Below are positions 51,267 through 61,203 of a stretch of 64,000 nt of DNA, one piece after another. The notes beneath the pieces are model-generated. The model was given only the letters and a program-made list of their open reading frames with translations. It was not told the DNA's origin and ran no database searches. The position numbers and the translations under genes are program-made. Numbering within the stretch: the stretch's first letter is position 1; every line of letters begins with the position of its first letter. Source of the stretch: Candidatus Multivoradales bacterium (GTDB lineage Bacteria > Acidobacteriota > Thermoanaerobaculia > Multivoradales > JAHEKO01); assembly GCA_965223855.1 (NCBI GenBank), contig CBDCXM010000009.1:3104001-3168000 (forward strand). The letters are read 5' to 3'.

Positions 51267-54146
51267 TCACGGCAGGATCGGCGCACTCGCACCGAAGCCG
51301 GGACCGTAGATCATCGCGTTGAGCAGCAATCGCGCGGTGCCGTGGGTCGAGGCGCGGAAGGTCGGCGAGTTGGCAAAGAGGATCACCTGTCCGCTGCCCC
51401 TGCTCTCCCGCGTCACTGCGGCCGAGTTGGCGATTCTGCCCGCCGCTTCGGGCCACAGGAGGCCGCTCATGCGCAGCCGCAGGTCTTTGCCGGCCGGCAG
51501 CGCCGACCAACCAACCCGACGGGCTTCGGAAGCGTCGCCGTCCTCCCAGATCCCGAATCTCACCGGCGCCTCGACGCCGGACGACGCCATCAGCACAGAG
51601 GAGCTGTTGACCAGCACACCGAGCTCACGGCCGGTGCCGAAGGTCAACCAGTGCTCGTCGTCGGTGCGCGCCGCGAGGAACGCCCCCTGCGGCATGAACT
51701 CACGCTCCCAGGCGTCGTTGCGCTCCAGCACCTCGCTCGACGCCCGGCTGAGGTCACCGAGCCGGGTCCACGGGGCGTCGCCGCCCTCTTCCAGCGTGTG
51801 CGACCAGACGCGCGAACCGTCCGGAGCGCTCGAAGTCTCTGCCATCGCCTCGCGCAACACGGCCTGTTCGTAGCTGTCGAGATCGCCCAGCACATCGCGC
51901 AGCCGGCGCGCCGAGGAGAGCCCGCCCTCCTCCACCGCGAGAGCGGCGGCGGAGTTGGCGATCGCGATCAACGTCCCCCCGGCTTCGATCCACGTCCCGA
52001 GCGCACTTCGCGAACCGTCGTCGAGGCTCCCCCAGAAGCGCGCGGGAACGACGATCACGTTGTAGCGCCGCAGGTCGGCGAAGTTGAGGACCGAGGCGTC
52101 GAGATGCGCGTGACGGATCGCCAGCTGGTGGTCCAGCGTGTGCCAGATCGAACCGAAGTCGTAGAAGTTGTGACCGCTGCGGCTCAGCAGCGCGATGCGC
52201 GGCGGCTCGAGACGCTCGAAGTGCCCTCCTCCGAGGTCGGGGAGATCGCCGTCGCCGAGACCGGTCGTCAGGCTTGCGACCGGCAGCTCGAGATGAGCCG
52301 CCGTCGCCTCCACCACAGCGGCCAGCTCGCCCTCATAGCCACGGTTGTCCCACGGCTGGACGATCACCGAACCGCGGGCGAGCGACACGTCGCCGAGTTC
52401 GACTGCTCGCGAGGCCACCCGCACCTGGACCCCCTGCTCGAGCAATCGAGCGGCGAAGGCGACCGAGGCGTCGTCGGCCCCATCGACGCCCCAGGCGATC
52501 GCGTCGCGATCGACGGCCGGCAGATCGATCGTCGCCCCCGGCTGCCAGCGCGCAGCCGAGGCCGGAACGGCGCCGTCGAAGGTCACCGCTTCGAGACCAT
52601 GCAGCATCGCGGCGTTCCAGGCGGTGACGTCGTAGATCGTCGAGCCCTCACCGCGCAGGATCGAGCGCCGCTCGCGGCCGGTGTAGTCGTCCGGCATGCG
52701 CGCGTCGAACTCCATCATCGTGGCGACCAGATGCGCCTCCGGCTGCCGGTTCGGAATCAGGATCGTCCCCGCCGGCAGCTCGCGACGACCACGGCGGCCG
52801 AAGGTGTCGACAGCGGTGCCGACCGACATCGGCGCCGAGAGCTCGTGCATCTCGATCGCCTGGAGCTCCATCAGCTCGACGAAGCGCCGGTGACGCGAGC
52901 GGTTCTCGCTCGGCAGGACGGCGAACACCCGTCGCGCGTAGGGGCCGTCGGCCGCCACTGCCCGCCGCCGGTCGCCGACGTAATCGGCGAGGATCGCCTG
53001 GCGGTTCACCGCCAGCGAAGTCAGGTTGGCGATCGAGCTGACCGCCTGGTGGTGGACCGCCTCGCGGTAGCTGACGACGTCTCCGCCGGGATAGCGCACC
53101 CCGTCTTCGGCGTAGCTCGCCTGCTCGTAGAGGATGCCGATCGCACCGCGAAACGCCCCCCAGGCGTCGGTGTAGCCCGGGTACCACCCTTCGTTCCACT
53201 CACCGGTGTAGTAGACCCAGTTCCAGCGGTCGAACGCCTGCGACTGGTCACGGGCGAAGCGCGCGTTCCAGCCACTCGCCCCCGGCGGCATGTGCGGGTT
53301 GCGGGGCTCGCGTGCCGGCGAGAAGAGGTAGGTATCGAGCGAGCCCATCTCGTGGGCGTCGACCATCAGTTGCGGGTGCCACGAACCCGCGGCGGCGATC
53401 CTCCCCCTCGACTCCGGATTGACGCCGAGAGTCCAGTCGCGATTCAGGTCGAAGTTGTAGTGATTGGTCCGCCCCCACGGCCAGTAGCCCGCATGGACCA
53501 GCGACTGCTCGTCGACACTCGGAGCGCGTCCACGATGCTCGGCGATCTGCTGCAGGAAACGCCGACGACCGTCGGGGTTCTGCATCGGATCGACCAGCAC
53601 GACGACGTTGTCGAGGATCTGCCGGACCTCCTCCGAGGTCCCGGCGATCAGGTGATGCAGCACCGCCAGCGAGGCGTCGGTCCCCGAGGTCTCGTCGCCG
53701 TGGATCGAATAGGCCATCCACGCCACGGCAGGATGGCTCTCGGTCAGAGTGTCCGCATCGGCAGCAGCGATCGACCGCGGATCGGCGAGGCGCGCCGCAT
53801 CGGCCTGGATCGAGTCGAGTCGCGCCAGGTTCTCCTCCGAGCTCACCACCATGTAGTAGAGGGCCCTCCCTTCGTGGCTGCGCGCGTACTCGACCAGCTT
53901 CGTCCGCGGGCTCGCCTCCCACGCCTCGAGGCAGCGCTCGATCTCCGCCGGGAACGCGGCACGGTCGCCGGGCCGGAAGCCGAGAATCTCTTCGGGAGTC
54001 GGCACCGAAGCGTCGTAGCTGGTGCCGGGGAAGAACTCGACGTCGTAGGCGAGCGCCGGCAGCTCGTGGGGCTGCGGTTGCGGGTGACCGGGAGCCGGCC
54101 AGCCGGCAACCGCTGCCAGAAGGATGACGAGGGACGTTCGCTTCAT
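51267..54146 (-). CDS. Secreted M14-family zinc carboxypeptidase-like protein
   Basis: Signal peptide, IHGDE, NPDG, DLNRD, DAHEM zinc-site motifs. Confidence 0.88.
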   Translation of the reverse strand: MKRTSLVILLAAVAGWPAPGHPQPQPHELPALAYDVEFFPGTSYDASVPTPEEILGFRPGDRAAFPAEIERCLEAWEASPRTKLVEYARSHEGRALYYMVVSSEENLARLDSIQADAARLADPRSIAAADADTLTESHPAVAWMAYSIHGDETSGTDASLAVLHHLIAGTSEEVRQILDNVVVLVDPMQNPDGRRRFLQQIAEHRGRAPSVDEQSLVHAGYWPWGRTNHYNFDLNRDWTLGVNPESRGRIAAAGSWHPQLMVDAHEMGSLDTYLFSPAREPRNPHMPPGASGWNARFARDQSQAFDRWNWVYYTGEWNEGWYPGYTDAWGAFRGAIGILYEQASYAEDGVRYPGGDVVSYREAVHHQAVSSIANLTSLAVNRQAILADYVGDRRRAVAADGPYARRVFAVLPSENRSRHRRFVELMELQAIEMHELSAPMSVGTAVDTFGRRGRRELPAGTILIPNRQPEAHLVATMMEFDARMPDDYTGRERRSILRGEGSTIYDVTAWNAAMLHGLEAVTFDGAVPASAARWQPGATIDLPAVDRDAIAWGVDGADDASVAFAARLLEQGVQVRVASRAVELGDVSLARGSVIVQPWDNRGYEGELAAVVEATAAHLELPVASLTTGLGDGDLPDLGGGHFERLEPPRIALLSRSGHNFYDFGSIWHTLDHQLAIRHAHLDASVLNFADLRRYNVIVVPARFWGSLDDGSRSALGTWIEAGGTLIAIANSAAALAVEEGGLSSARRLRDVLGDLDSYEQAVLREAMAETSSAPDGSRVWSHTLEEGGDAPWTRLGDLSRASSEVLERNDAWEREFMPQGAFLAARTDDEHWLTFGTGRELGVLVNSSSVLMASSGVEAPVRFGIWEDGDASEARRVGWSALPAGKDLRLRMSGLLWPEAAGRIANSAAVTRESRGSGQVILFANSPTFRASTHGTARLLLNAMIYGPGFGASAPILP

Positions 54147-54220
54147 CGGGGATTCTCCTCTCTCAGGACCAGCGTGATCGTACACGCTCCTCCGCCGGAG
54201 TGACGCCCTACAATGTCTCC

Positions 54221-55204
54221 ATGAAGGCCGTGTGGCTCGAGGGAGGTGCGCTCGACGTCAGGGAGGTCGACGCTCCCGAACCGCCCGAGGGCGAGGCGCT
54301 CTTGCGGGTCGTGCTCGCGGGCGTTTGCGGGACCGACCTGCAGCTCCTTCGCGGCTACTACCCGTTCGCCGGCGTTCCCGGGCACGAGTTCGTGGGGGTC
54401 GTCGAGGACGGACCCCAGGGGTGGATCGACGACTGGCTCGGCCGGCGGGTCGTCGGCGAGATCAACACCGGCTGCCGTCAGTGCAACCGTTGCCAGCGGG
54501 GAAATCAGGGCCACTGTGATTCCCGGACCGTCCTCGGCCTCGTCGGCAGGAACGGAGCGTTCGCCGACTTCCTGACCCTGCCGATCGACAACCTGCACCC
54601 GGTGCCCGACGACGTCCCCGACGAGGCCGCCGTCCTCGTCGAGCCGCTCGCCGCAGCGCTCCGGGTCACCGAGCAGGTCGCCCTCGAAGGGAGGAGAGTG
54701 CTGGTCGTCGGTCCGGGCCGGTTGGGATACCTTATGGCACTCGTCGCCAGGGAAGTCGGGGTGGACCTCGCCGTGCTCGGTCGCTCCGCGGGTTCGCTCG
54801 GGCGGATCGCCGCCGAGGGCATCGAGGCGGCCGACGACGTCGAGAACTGGCCCGAGGGGAGCTTCGACGTCGCTATCGACTGTACCGGGTCTCCCGACGG
54901 CCTCGCGCTCGCCAGACACGCCGTGGCGCCCACCGGTGCCATCGTCCTCAAGAGCACTTACGCCGCGAGCTCGGGAGCCCCCGACCTCGACCTCTCCCCG
55001 CTCGTCGTCGACGAGGTTCGCCTCGTCGGTTCGCGCTGCGGTCCATTCGGCATGGCGCTCGACTGGCTCGAACAGCGCCGGATTCGACCGCAGGATCTGA
55101 TCGACGCCCGCTACCCGCTGGAGGAGGCTGCCGTCGCTTTCGAAGCCGCCCGGCAACCCGGGACCCTCAAGGTCCTACTCGCACCGGGCGATCGTCCCGC
55201 CTAG
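54221..55204 (+). CDS. Zinc-binding medium-chain dehydrogenase
   Basis: CGTD, GHEFVG, CxxCxxC...C, GPGRLG, GSRCGPF. Confidence 0.92.
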   Translation: MKAVWLEGGALDVREVDAPEPPEGEALLRVVLAGVCGTDLQLLRGYYPFAGVPGHEFVGVVEDGPQGWIDDWLGRRVVGEINTGCRQCNRCQRGNQGHCDSRTVLGLVGRNGAFADFLTLPIDNLHPVPDDVPDEAAVLVEPLAAALRVTEQVALEGRRVLVVGPGRLGYLMALVAREVGVDLAVLGRSAGSLGRIAAEGIEAADDVENWPEGSFDVAIDCTGSPDGLALARHAVAPTGAIVLKSTYAASSGAPDLDLSPLVVDEVRLVGSRCGPFGMALDWLEQRRIRPQDLIDARYPLEEAAVAFEAARQPGTLKVLLAPGDRPA

Positions 55205-55851
55205 CGCGACACCCCGAACGCCTCGCCCGGCTTCGCCAGCAGCGCCTCGAACTCGGCGAAGAACCGTCCCACGTGGAGGCCGTCGACCAGGGCGTGGTGG
55301 ACCTCGATCGATACCGGCATCGTGGCGTCCGCTCCCTCGCCTCGTCGGCCGAAAACGATCCTCGGATTGCTCTCTCCCGCCGGGGGATGGCGGGCATGCT
55401 GAAAACTCGTGAAGGCGAGCCAGGGCAGCACGGTGAGGTAGATGTACTCGTCGGCACCGGGACGGTCGGCGAGGCTGTCGCCCTGGCGCACCCTCTCGAG
55501 TTCGGCCGCACCGTCACGGGCGAAACTCTCGAAGTCCTCCTGGAAGTGGAGATACCCGAAGCCGAAGGTGCCGTCGTCCCGCGCGACCGTCGTCCCGCCG
55601 TGCACCGCGTCGAGCACCACAACCTCCTCGCCGCGAATCCGGTAGCGCAACTCCTCCACCGAGTTGGCCGCTTTCAGGCAGAGATAGAGGTTGGCCAGGA
55701 AATAGGAGTGCCCCTCGTTGACCTCGAGCCAACGCAGCAGCTCTCCGACCTCCACCGGAACGGTGACGTTCCAGTAGGGCTGCTCGTAGCGGCGGAAGAA
55801 CTCGAAGTGCTCCCGCCGCCTCCATCCTTCGAGATCGAGGCGGCGGGCCAT
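55201..55851 (-). CDS. CatA-like (chloramphenicol) O-acetyltransferase family protein
   Basis: WRRREHFEFF, LPWLAFTS, catalytic HHALVDGLH. Confidence 0.88.
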   Translation of the reverse strand: MARRLDLEGWRRREHFEFFRRYEQPYWNVTVPVEVGELLRWLEVNEGHSYFLANLYLCLKAANSVEELRYRIRGEEVVVLDAVHGGTTVARDDGTFGFGYLHFQEDFESFARDGAAELERVRQGDSLADRPGADEYIYLTVLPWLAFTSFQHARHPPAGESNPRIVFGRRGEGADATMPVSIEVHHALVDGLHVGRFFAEFEALLAKPGEAFGVSR

Positions 55852-55868
55852 ACGCGTTGCGGGAAGAG

Positions 55869-55898
55869 AAAAGGCCGGCCGGCACGATGCCGGCCGGC
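55869..55898 (-). terminator. Rho-independent terminator after the TonB-dependent receptor
   Basis: 11-bp perfect stem GCCGGCCGGCA/TGCCGGCCGGC, 3-nt loop, followed by CTTTTCTCTT on minus strand. Confidence 0.75.
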
Positions 55899-55912
55899 GG
55901 GAGAGTTACCGG

Positions 55913-58897
55913 CTACCAGACGAGTCGGGCGCCGATTTGAATCTGACGGGGGTCGCCGAGACCACTCTGCACCGTGCCGTCGAAGTTGAAGACGAGGTTG
56001 GTGGTCTGCGGCGCGAGCTGGTTGCGCTCGTTGAAGAGGTTGAAGACGTCGATGATCCCCTCCAGCTCGTAGCCGCCGACGTCGAAGCGCTTCGACAGGC
56101 GGATGTCGAGAGAGGAGAACTCGTTGTCCTTGCGACCGAGGTTGCGTTGCGTCACCGAACCGTCGGGATTGATGCGGTCCTGCGGCGTCTGCGCCACCGA
56201 GCCGTCCGCGGTCAGAGACAGCGGCTGCGGCGAGCGGTAGGTGTAGCGGAAGTTCGCGTCGATGCCGTACGGCGCCTGCCACAGCAGCCAGGCGTTGAAA
56301 CGATCCTTCTGATCGCGATCGGAGAGACCGAACTCGGCGTCGAGATCGGTGATCTTGGCGTAGCGGAACGAGAACGGATCGCGCTCGTTGTCGTCGTCCG
56401 AGCGGTCCTCCGAGCGGGTGTAGTACGCCTGGTACTGGACGCTGCCGCCCCGCTTGGTGATGCCGAGCGTGTGCCCCTCGTACTCGCTGCGCGCCGTCGA
56501 TTCGACGACGGTGAGGACGTTGATGCCGTTGAACCCGCCCGGCTCCAGACCGCTTCCCCACGGCGACCCGAGCAGCGGGTCGTTGCGGTTGGCGAATCGG
56601 GTCAGCTTGTCGGTGTCGGCGCGGTTGTACTTGTAGAGCAGCGACATGTCGTCACGGACCTGACGCTCGACGGAGAGCGAGTAGGCGTCCGTCTCCGGGA
56701 TCTCGAAGTTGCGGTCGAAGACGAAGACGTCCGGCAGGAACGGGTCGCCAACGGTCGCCGGGTCGATGAGCTCCGTGTACGGCGGCGGCGGGCCTAGAAC
56801 GTCCCGCAGCTCGCTGTTGCGGAAGAGGGTCTGCCCGCGGCTGCCGTTCGTCGAACGCGACGAGGCGAGTACCAGCCCGGGTACCCGGGCGCCGTAGCGT
56901 CCCGCCGTCACCCGGACCACCGTCTTGCCGTCGCTCTTCGGATCCCACGACAGGCCGAAGCGCGGCTGCAACACGTCGTCGTCGGGGATCGTGCCGTCGC
57001 TGGGGAAGGTCTGCGGCCCGGCGTCCGTGACCACCGTCTGGCCGATGAAGGGCGCGTAGAAGACTTCGTTCACCGGCGTGATCGGATCGGGGTTCTGCAG
57101 CTGCTCCCAACGCAGTCCGAGCTGCACGGTGACGTTCGAGCGCGGCCGCCAGTTGTCCTGGACGAAGAATGCCGGCTCGGTCTGGGTGATGGTCTGCGTC
57201 CCCGACTCCTCCACCGACAGCCCGCCGACTCCGGCCTGCTGCAGATAGAGCAGCACCGGGCCGGTGATGTCGGTGCCGTCCGGGCACGAGCCGGTCGGCG
57301 ACGACGAGCCGTCCGAGCACTCGACGTAGTCGGGATTGTCGAGGTAGTTGAGGAAGCCGTCGGTGGAGCTGAAGATGAAGCGGCCGTTGGCGAACCCGAT
57401 GAAGGTCTGGAACGCCGCCGTCTGATTCCACTCGACCCCGGCCTTGAAGCTGTGCGCGCCGCGCTGCCAGGAGAGGTTGTTGTTCACCTGCCAGCGGGTG
57501 TCGTTGTACTGCACCGGAATGAAGAACGGCATGCCGAAGCGGTAGGCGTTGCCGAAGTCGAACGCGGTGTCGGGGAACGGCCGGCTGGTGCCGGCGATCA
57601 TCGGCCCCTCGTAGGGGCGCGGCCGGTCCTCGCGCGCCCACTGGAAGCGCGCCTCGTTGAGCACCGAGGCGCCGAGCGTCGAGACCAGCGAGCCGCTGAT
57701 CGAATAGGAGCTGTCCTTCTCCACCGCGTTGGCGCTGCGCCCCCAGGAGTCGACGTCGAAGGTGCCGTTGACCTGCTCGGAGTCGGTGTAGGTGCTGCGC
57801 AACGTGAAGAGCTGGCTGTCGCCGAACTGCTGATCGATCTTGGCGAGCAGCACGTTGGCGTCGTCGGTGCGGGTGATCGGCAGGTTCTCCCCCGGGCTGC
57901 CGAGCTCGGCGAAGGTGTCGACCACGCGCTGCTCGATGCGGTTGGGATCGTTCTGCTTCGTGCGATCCGCCGACTGGACGTCGGCTGCGAGGAAGAAGAA
58001 CGTCTTGTCCTCACGAATCGGACCACCCAGCGTGAAGCCGGCCTGGATCGACTCGCTGTCGTCCTTCGGCGCCGTCGTGCCGTCGGCCCGCTCGGCGGCG
58101 GTGGACAGGGAGTCGTTGCGCAGGAACAGGTGCGCCGAACCCTTGTAGTCGTTGGTTCCCGACTTCGTCACCACCTGCACGAAGCCTCCGGACGAGCGAC
58201 CGAACTCAGCCGGCGCGCCGTCGGGAATGACGACGAACTCCTGAATCGCGTCGATGTTGAAGGTGAACGCGGGGCGCTGCCCGCCGCGCTGCTCGCCGAA
58301 GAAAGGGTTGTTGAAGTCGGCGCCGTCGACGGAGACGTTGTTCTGGATCCCCTTCTGGCCGTTGATCGACAACTCCTCTCCGTCGGGCCCCTGAACGATC
58401 GCGACACCGGGAGTCAGGCGGCTCAGATCGAGGAAGTCGCGACCGTTGTTGGCCAGCCCCTCGATGGTGTCCTGATCGATCAGCGTCGAGCTCTCGATGC
58501 GGCTGGTCTCGATCAGCGGCACGGCGTCGGTGACGATGATCTCGTCACCGACCGTCGAGACCTGCAGGCTGAGATTGAGGTCGAGCGTGCGGCCGACCGA
58601 CAGCTGCAGACCCTCGGCCCGGGCGGTGGCAAAGCCGTCGAGCGCCGCAGTCACCACGTAGGGGCCGATCGGCAGCAGGAGGCCGCGGAAGCGACCCCGA
58701 TCGTCGGTCACGAGTTCCTGGCTGAAGTTCGTCGCCTGGTTGGTCAGGGTCACCGTGACGCCGGGCAGCACCGCCCCGCTCTCGTCGCTGACCGAACCCT
58801 CGATCACGCCGGTGGTCGCCTGCGACTGGGCCACCGCGAGACCGGTCGATGCCAGGCACAGAAGCACCCAGCCGGTGAAGATCCGTTTCGCCACCAT
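55913..58897 (-). CDS. TonB-dependent receptor with N-terminal carboxypeptidase-regulatory-like domain (Oar type)
   Basis: AGGAGG SD, signal peptide, GSVSDESGAVLPGVTV, AEFGRSSGG..VVTKSGTN, DVFNLFN, terminal PRQIQIGARLVW. Confidence 0.92.
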   Translation of the reverse strand: MVAKRIFTGWVLLCLASTGLAVAQSQATTGVIEGSVSDESGAVLPGVTVTLTNQATNFSQELVTDDRGRFRGLLLPIGPYVVTAALDGFATARAEGLQLSVGRTLDLNLSLQVSTVGDEIIVTDAVPLIETSRIESSTLIDQDTIEGLANNGRDFLDLSRLTPGVAIVQGPDGEELSINGQKGIQNNVSVDGADFNNPFFGEQRGGQRPAFTFNIDAIQEFVVIPDGAPAEFGRSSGGFVQVVTKSGTNDYKGSAHLFLRNDSLSTAAERADGTTAPKDDSESIQAGFTLGGPIREDKTFFFLAADVQSADRTKQNDPNRIEQRVVDTFAELGSPGENLPITRTDDANVLLAKIDQQFGDSQLFTLRSTYTDSEQVNGTFDVDSWGRSANAVEKDSSYSISGSLVSTLGASVLNEARFQWAREDRPRPYEGPMIAGTSRPFPDTAFDFGNAYRFGMPFFIPVQYNDTRWQVNNNLSWQRGAHSFKAGVEWNQTAAFQTFIGFANGRFIFSSTDGFLNYLDNPDYVECSDGSSSPTGSCPDGTDITGPVLLYLQQAGVGGLSVEESGTQTITQTEPAFFVQDNWRPRSNVTVQLGLRWEQLQNPDPITPVNEVFYAPFIGQTVVTDAGPQTFPSDGTIPDDDVLQPRFGLSWDPKSDGKTVVRVTAGRYGARVPGLVLASSRSTNGSRGQTLFRNSELRDVLGPPPPYTELIDPATVGDPFLPDVFVFDRNFEIPETDAYSLSVERQVRDDMSLLYKYNRADTDKLTRFANRNDPLLGSPWGSGLEPGGFNGINVLTVVESTARSEYEGHTLGITKRGGSVQYQAYYTRSEDRSDDDNERDPFSFRYAKITDLDAEFGLSDRDQKDRFNAWLLWQAPYGIDANFRYTYRSPQPLSLTADGSVAQTPQDRINPDGSVTQRNLGRKDNEFSSLDIRLSKRFDVGGYELEGIIDVFNLFNERNQLAPQTTNLVFNFDGTVQSGLGDPRQIQIGARLVW

Positions 58898-59044
58898 TCC
58901 TACCTCCTGTTGTGGTTGCGAGGCCTCGCGACCCCTACATGTTGCGGTCAAACTACCACACGGTGACGAGGATGCGGCGAATCTGTGACACCGCTCGCCT
59001 CCTACCCCTCGAGCTAGCCGACTTTGTCGGGAGGGCGGCCTGTC

Positions 59045-59797
59045 TCAGCCGGCCAGCAGGCCGCAACCGATCGCCACCAGCCAGCTGGCCAGCGAGCCGA
59101 GCAGGAAGTACTCGGTGACGTGATCGACCTGGCCGGGGTCCGCCCCCTCGTCGAGACGCACGACGCGGGAAAGCTCCGGGAAGCGCAGCACACTCTTGGC
59201 CGAGACGACCAGCGCCGCGGCGGTCGGTTCCCCCTGCAGCATGAGGCCGAGGATGAGCCACCGCTCGAGGACGCCGATCATCCGCCCGCCGCGGAGCCGC
59301 TTCTCGGAGCGGCGCGTCCTCGTGCCGGCGGCCGCGAGCACGGTGCGGACGACGGCATTCCCGGTCGAGGCGCAGAACAGCATCATCGCCGTCACCAGGG
59401 CGAGCCGCTCGAAGCTCGCACCCGCGAGCATCGGGAACGGCGACTGCTGTGCCCACTGGTCGAGCTCCGGCCGTACCTGCGGGAAGCCGCCCGCCAGGCC
59501 GACGGCGGCGACCACGACTAGCGCGAGCCCGCCCAGGGCCCACCAGGAACCCGCCACGGTCGAGGCGCCCGAGGCGCGCGGCAGCAGCCAGACCACCATG
59601 CCGACGACCAGCACGACGGCGAGGGTGAGCGGGCCCTCGGCGGTCGCCGTACACGCGATCGCCAGCCCGACCGGCAACACCACGGACACGAGGGCCGCCA
59701 CGAGGGTGCGCCCGCTGCGGACCGGAGTGCCTCCGAGACCGCCCGCCAGCGCATCGGCGAGCCCGAGGCCGAACAGGGTCAGCGCGACCGCGATCAA
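59045..59797 (-). CDS. DUF3307-like membrane protein (SatD partner)
   Basis: GGRMIGVLER, AKSVLRF, TEYFLLGSLAS; multiple TMs; TTG start overlaps satD stop. Confidence 0.75.
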   Translation of the reverse strand: MIAVALTLFGLGLADALAGGLGGTPVRSGRTLVAALVSVVLPVGLAIACTATAEGPLTLAVVLVVGMVVWLLPRASGASTVAGSWWALGGLALVVVAAVGLAGGFPQVRPELDQWAQQSPFPMLAGASFERLALVTAMMLFCASTGNAVVRTVLAAAGTRTRRSEKRLRGGRMIGVLERWLILGLMLQGEPTAAALVVSAKSVLRFPELSRVVRLDEGADPGQVDHVTEYFLLGSLASWLVAIGCGLLAG

Positions 59798-60444
59798 GAG
59801 GCCATCCCGCGAAGCTCGAGATGAGCCCGATAGACGGCGCTGGCACCGTTCTCCATCTGCCTCCGGGCGACAGAGGGCTGGCGGATGCCGAGCTCCTGCG
59901 CCACGTCGACCTGCCGCTCGCCGAGCAGCAGGCCGAGGGTGACTCTCAGATCTCGCACGTCCATGCGGCCGAGCAGAGAGTCGCGACAGAGAAGGAAAGC
60001 GTTGACCGCCCCTTCGAGCGGCTCGCCGAGGCCTGCCACCAGGGTTCGCACCGTCCGCGGCCACTGCCGTCGAGTCTCGAGCGCAGCGACGCGCTCGATC
60101 GCCTCGCGCGCCGCCCACCAGGCAGAGCCGCTCTGCCCCATCGGCGCCCGCTGAGGATCGTAGGCGGTGATCTCGCCCCAGCCGACGCCGAACCTGACGT
60201 CGTGGCGGCCGGCGAGCCGGAGGCGCACATGAAGCGCGGCGTCGAGCGCGGCGGCGACGGTAGCGTAGCTACCCTGAAACTCGTCGCCGACCGTCTGGCT
60301 GAGCGGTTGGAGGCCGCTGACCTGATCGTTGGCCGAGTCGAGCGCCTCCCTCACCTCTCGCAGCAACTCGACCTGGTCAGGGTGTCGGCGCGAGACGACG
60401 ACGTCGCCGATCAGGGCCGCCTGAAGCTGGTCCGGAGCGGGCAT
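59794..60444 (-). CDS. satD: SatD family protein (palm-like domain plus C-terminal HTH)
   Basis: LIGDVVVSR, TVGDEFQG, RFGVGWG, HTH QVDVAQELGIRQPSVARR. Confidence 0.85.
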   Translation of the reverse strand: MPAPDQLQAALIGDVVVSRRHPDQVELLREVREALDSANDQVSGLQPLSQTVGDEFQGSYATVAAALDAALHVRLRLAGRHDVRFGVGWGEITAYDPQRAPMGQSGSAWWAAREAIERVAALETRRQWPRTVRTLVAGLGEPLEGAVNAFLLCRDSLLGRMDVRDLRVTLGLLLGERQVDVAQELGIRQPSVARRQMENGASAVYRAHLELRGMAS

Positions 60445-60450
60445 GATCAA

Positions 60451-60499
60451 ATTATAGCCTCAAGGGCGATATTTTGTCGATATAGCCTCAAAAGCGATT
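60451..60499 (-). promoter_or_regulatory. Tandem imperfect palindromic operators overlapping the satD -10 box
   Basis: TATAGCCTCAAGGGCGATA (60453-60471) and TATAGCCTCAAAAGCGATT (60481-60499); TATAAT on minus strand at 60451-60456. Confidence 0.7.
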
Positions 60500-60501
60500 T
60501 C

Positions 60502-61077
60502 TCAGGAGTCCCGACGCTCGCTCGATCTCAGCCTCTCCACCCAGGCAACCAGAGCGGCGAGGAATCGCTCCAGGTGCTCCGCCGTCCCGCTGTCGATCAG
60601 CTTGCCCTCGTCGTCGAACACCGAGCCGGCACCGCGAATCAGGAGCTGCGGCTGCGGCATCACCAGCGCGTTGAGCGCCGTCAGTGACTGACGCAACTGG
60701 TACTGCGCGGCGCGGGTGCCGAACGCTCCCGGCGTCGCGCCGGCCACCCCTACCGGCTTGCCGTCGAACGGGTGCGGCCGCGGCGGTCGGCTCAGCCAGT
60801 CGATGGCGTTCTTCAGCACTCCCGGCACACCGTGGTTGTACTCCGGGGTCGCGATCAGCACTCCGTCGGCCCGCTCGATCTCGGCCCGCAAGGCCGCCAC
60901 GCCCTCGGGAATCCCCTCCGCCTCTACGTCCTGGTCGAAGAGCGGCACACCTTCGAGACCGACGACACCGAGTTCGACGGCAGCGTCGACTCCTCCGATC
61001 CTCGCCCGAGCCTCCTCGAGCAAGGCCCGATGAATCGACTGCCTCCGCAGACTGCCTACCATCCCGACGATCTTCAT
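60502..61077 (-). CDS. NADPH-dependent FMN reductase (ChrR/SsuE-like)
   Basis: GSLRRQS, TPEYNHGVPGVLKNAIDWLSR. Confidence 0.93.
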   Translation of the reverse strand: MKIVGMVGSLRRQSIHRALLEEARARIGGVDAAVELGVVGLEGVPLFDQDVEAEGIPEGVAALRAEIERADGVLIATPEYNHGVPGVLKNAIDWLSRPPRPHPFDGKPVGVAGATPGAFGTRAAQYQLRQSLTALNALVMPQPQLLIRGAGSVFDDEGKLIDSGTAEHLERFLAALVAWVERLRSSERRDS

Positions 61078-61203
61078 CGCTACCTGTCCTCCTTCAACAG
61101 GCCCCTTCGACAGGGTGCCTGCAGCATGCTCTTTCGACCTGGCGATCGTTCCCGATCGACCGCTACGATGCCACAACCCACTCGCACCACCCCGGGAGAT
61201 CTC

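Noticed and set aside
50922-54203. Long antisense or alternate-frame ORFs (1093 aa here; also 2174-4576, 14787-17195, 28107-30305, 25401-27143)
   Set aside because: Shadows of real genes in high-GC DNA with few stops; Arg/Ala/Pro-rich with no motifs
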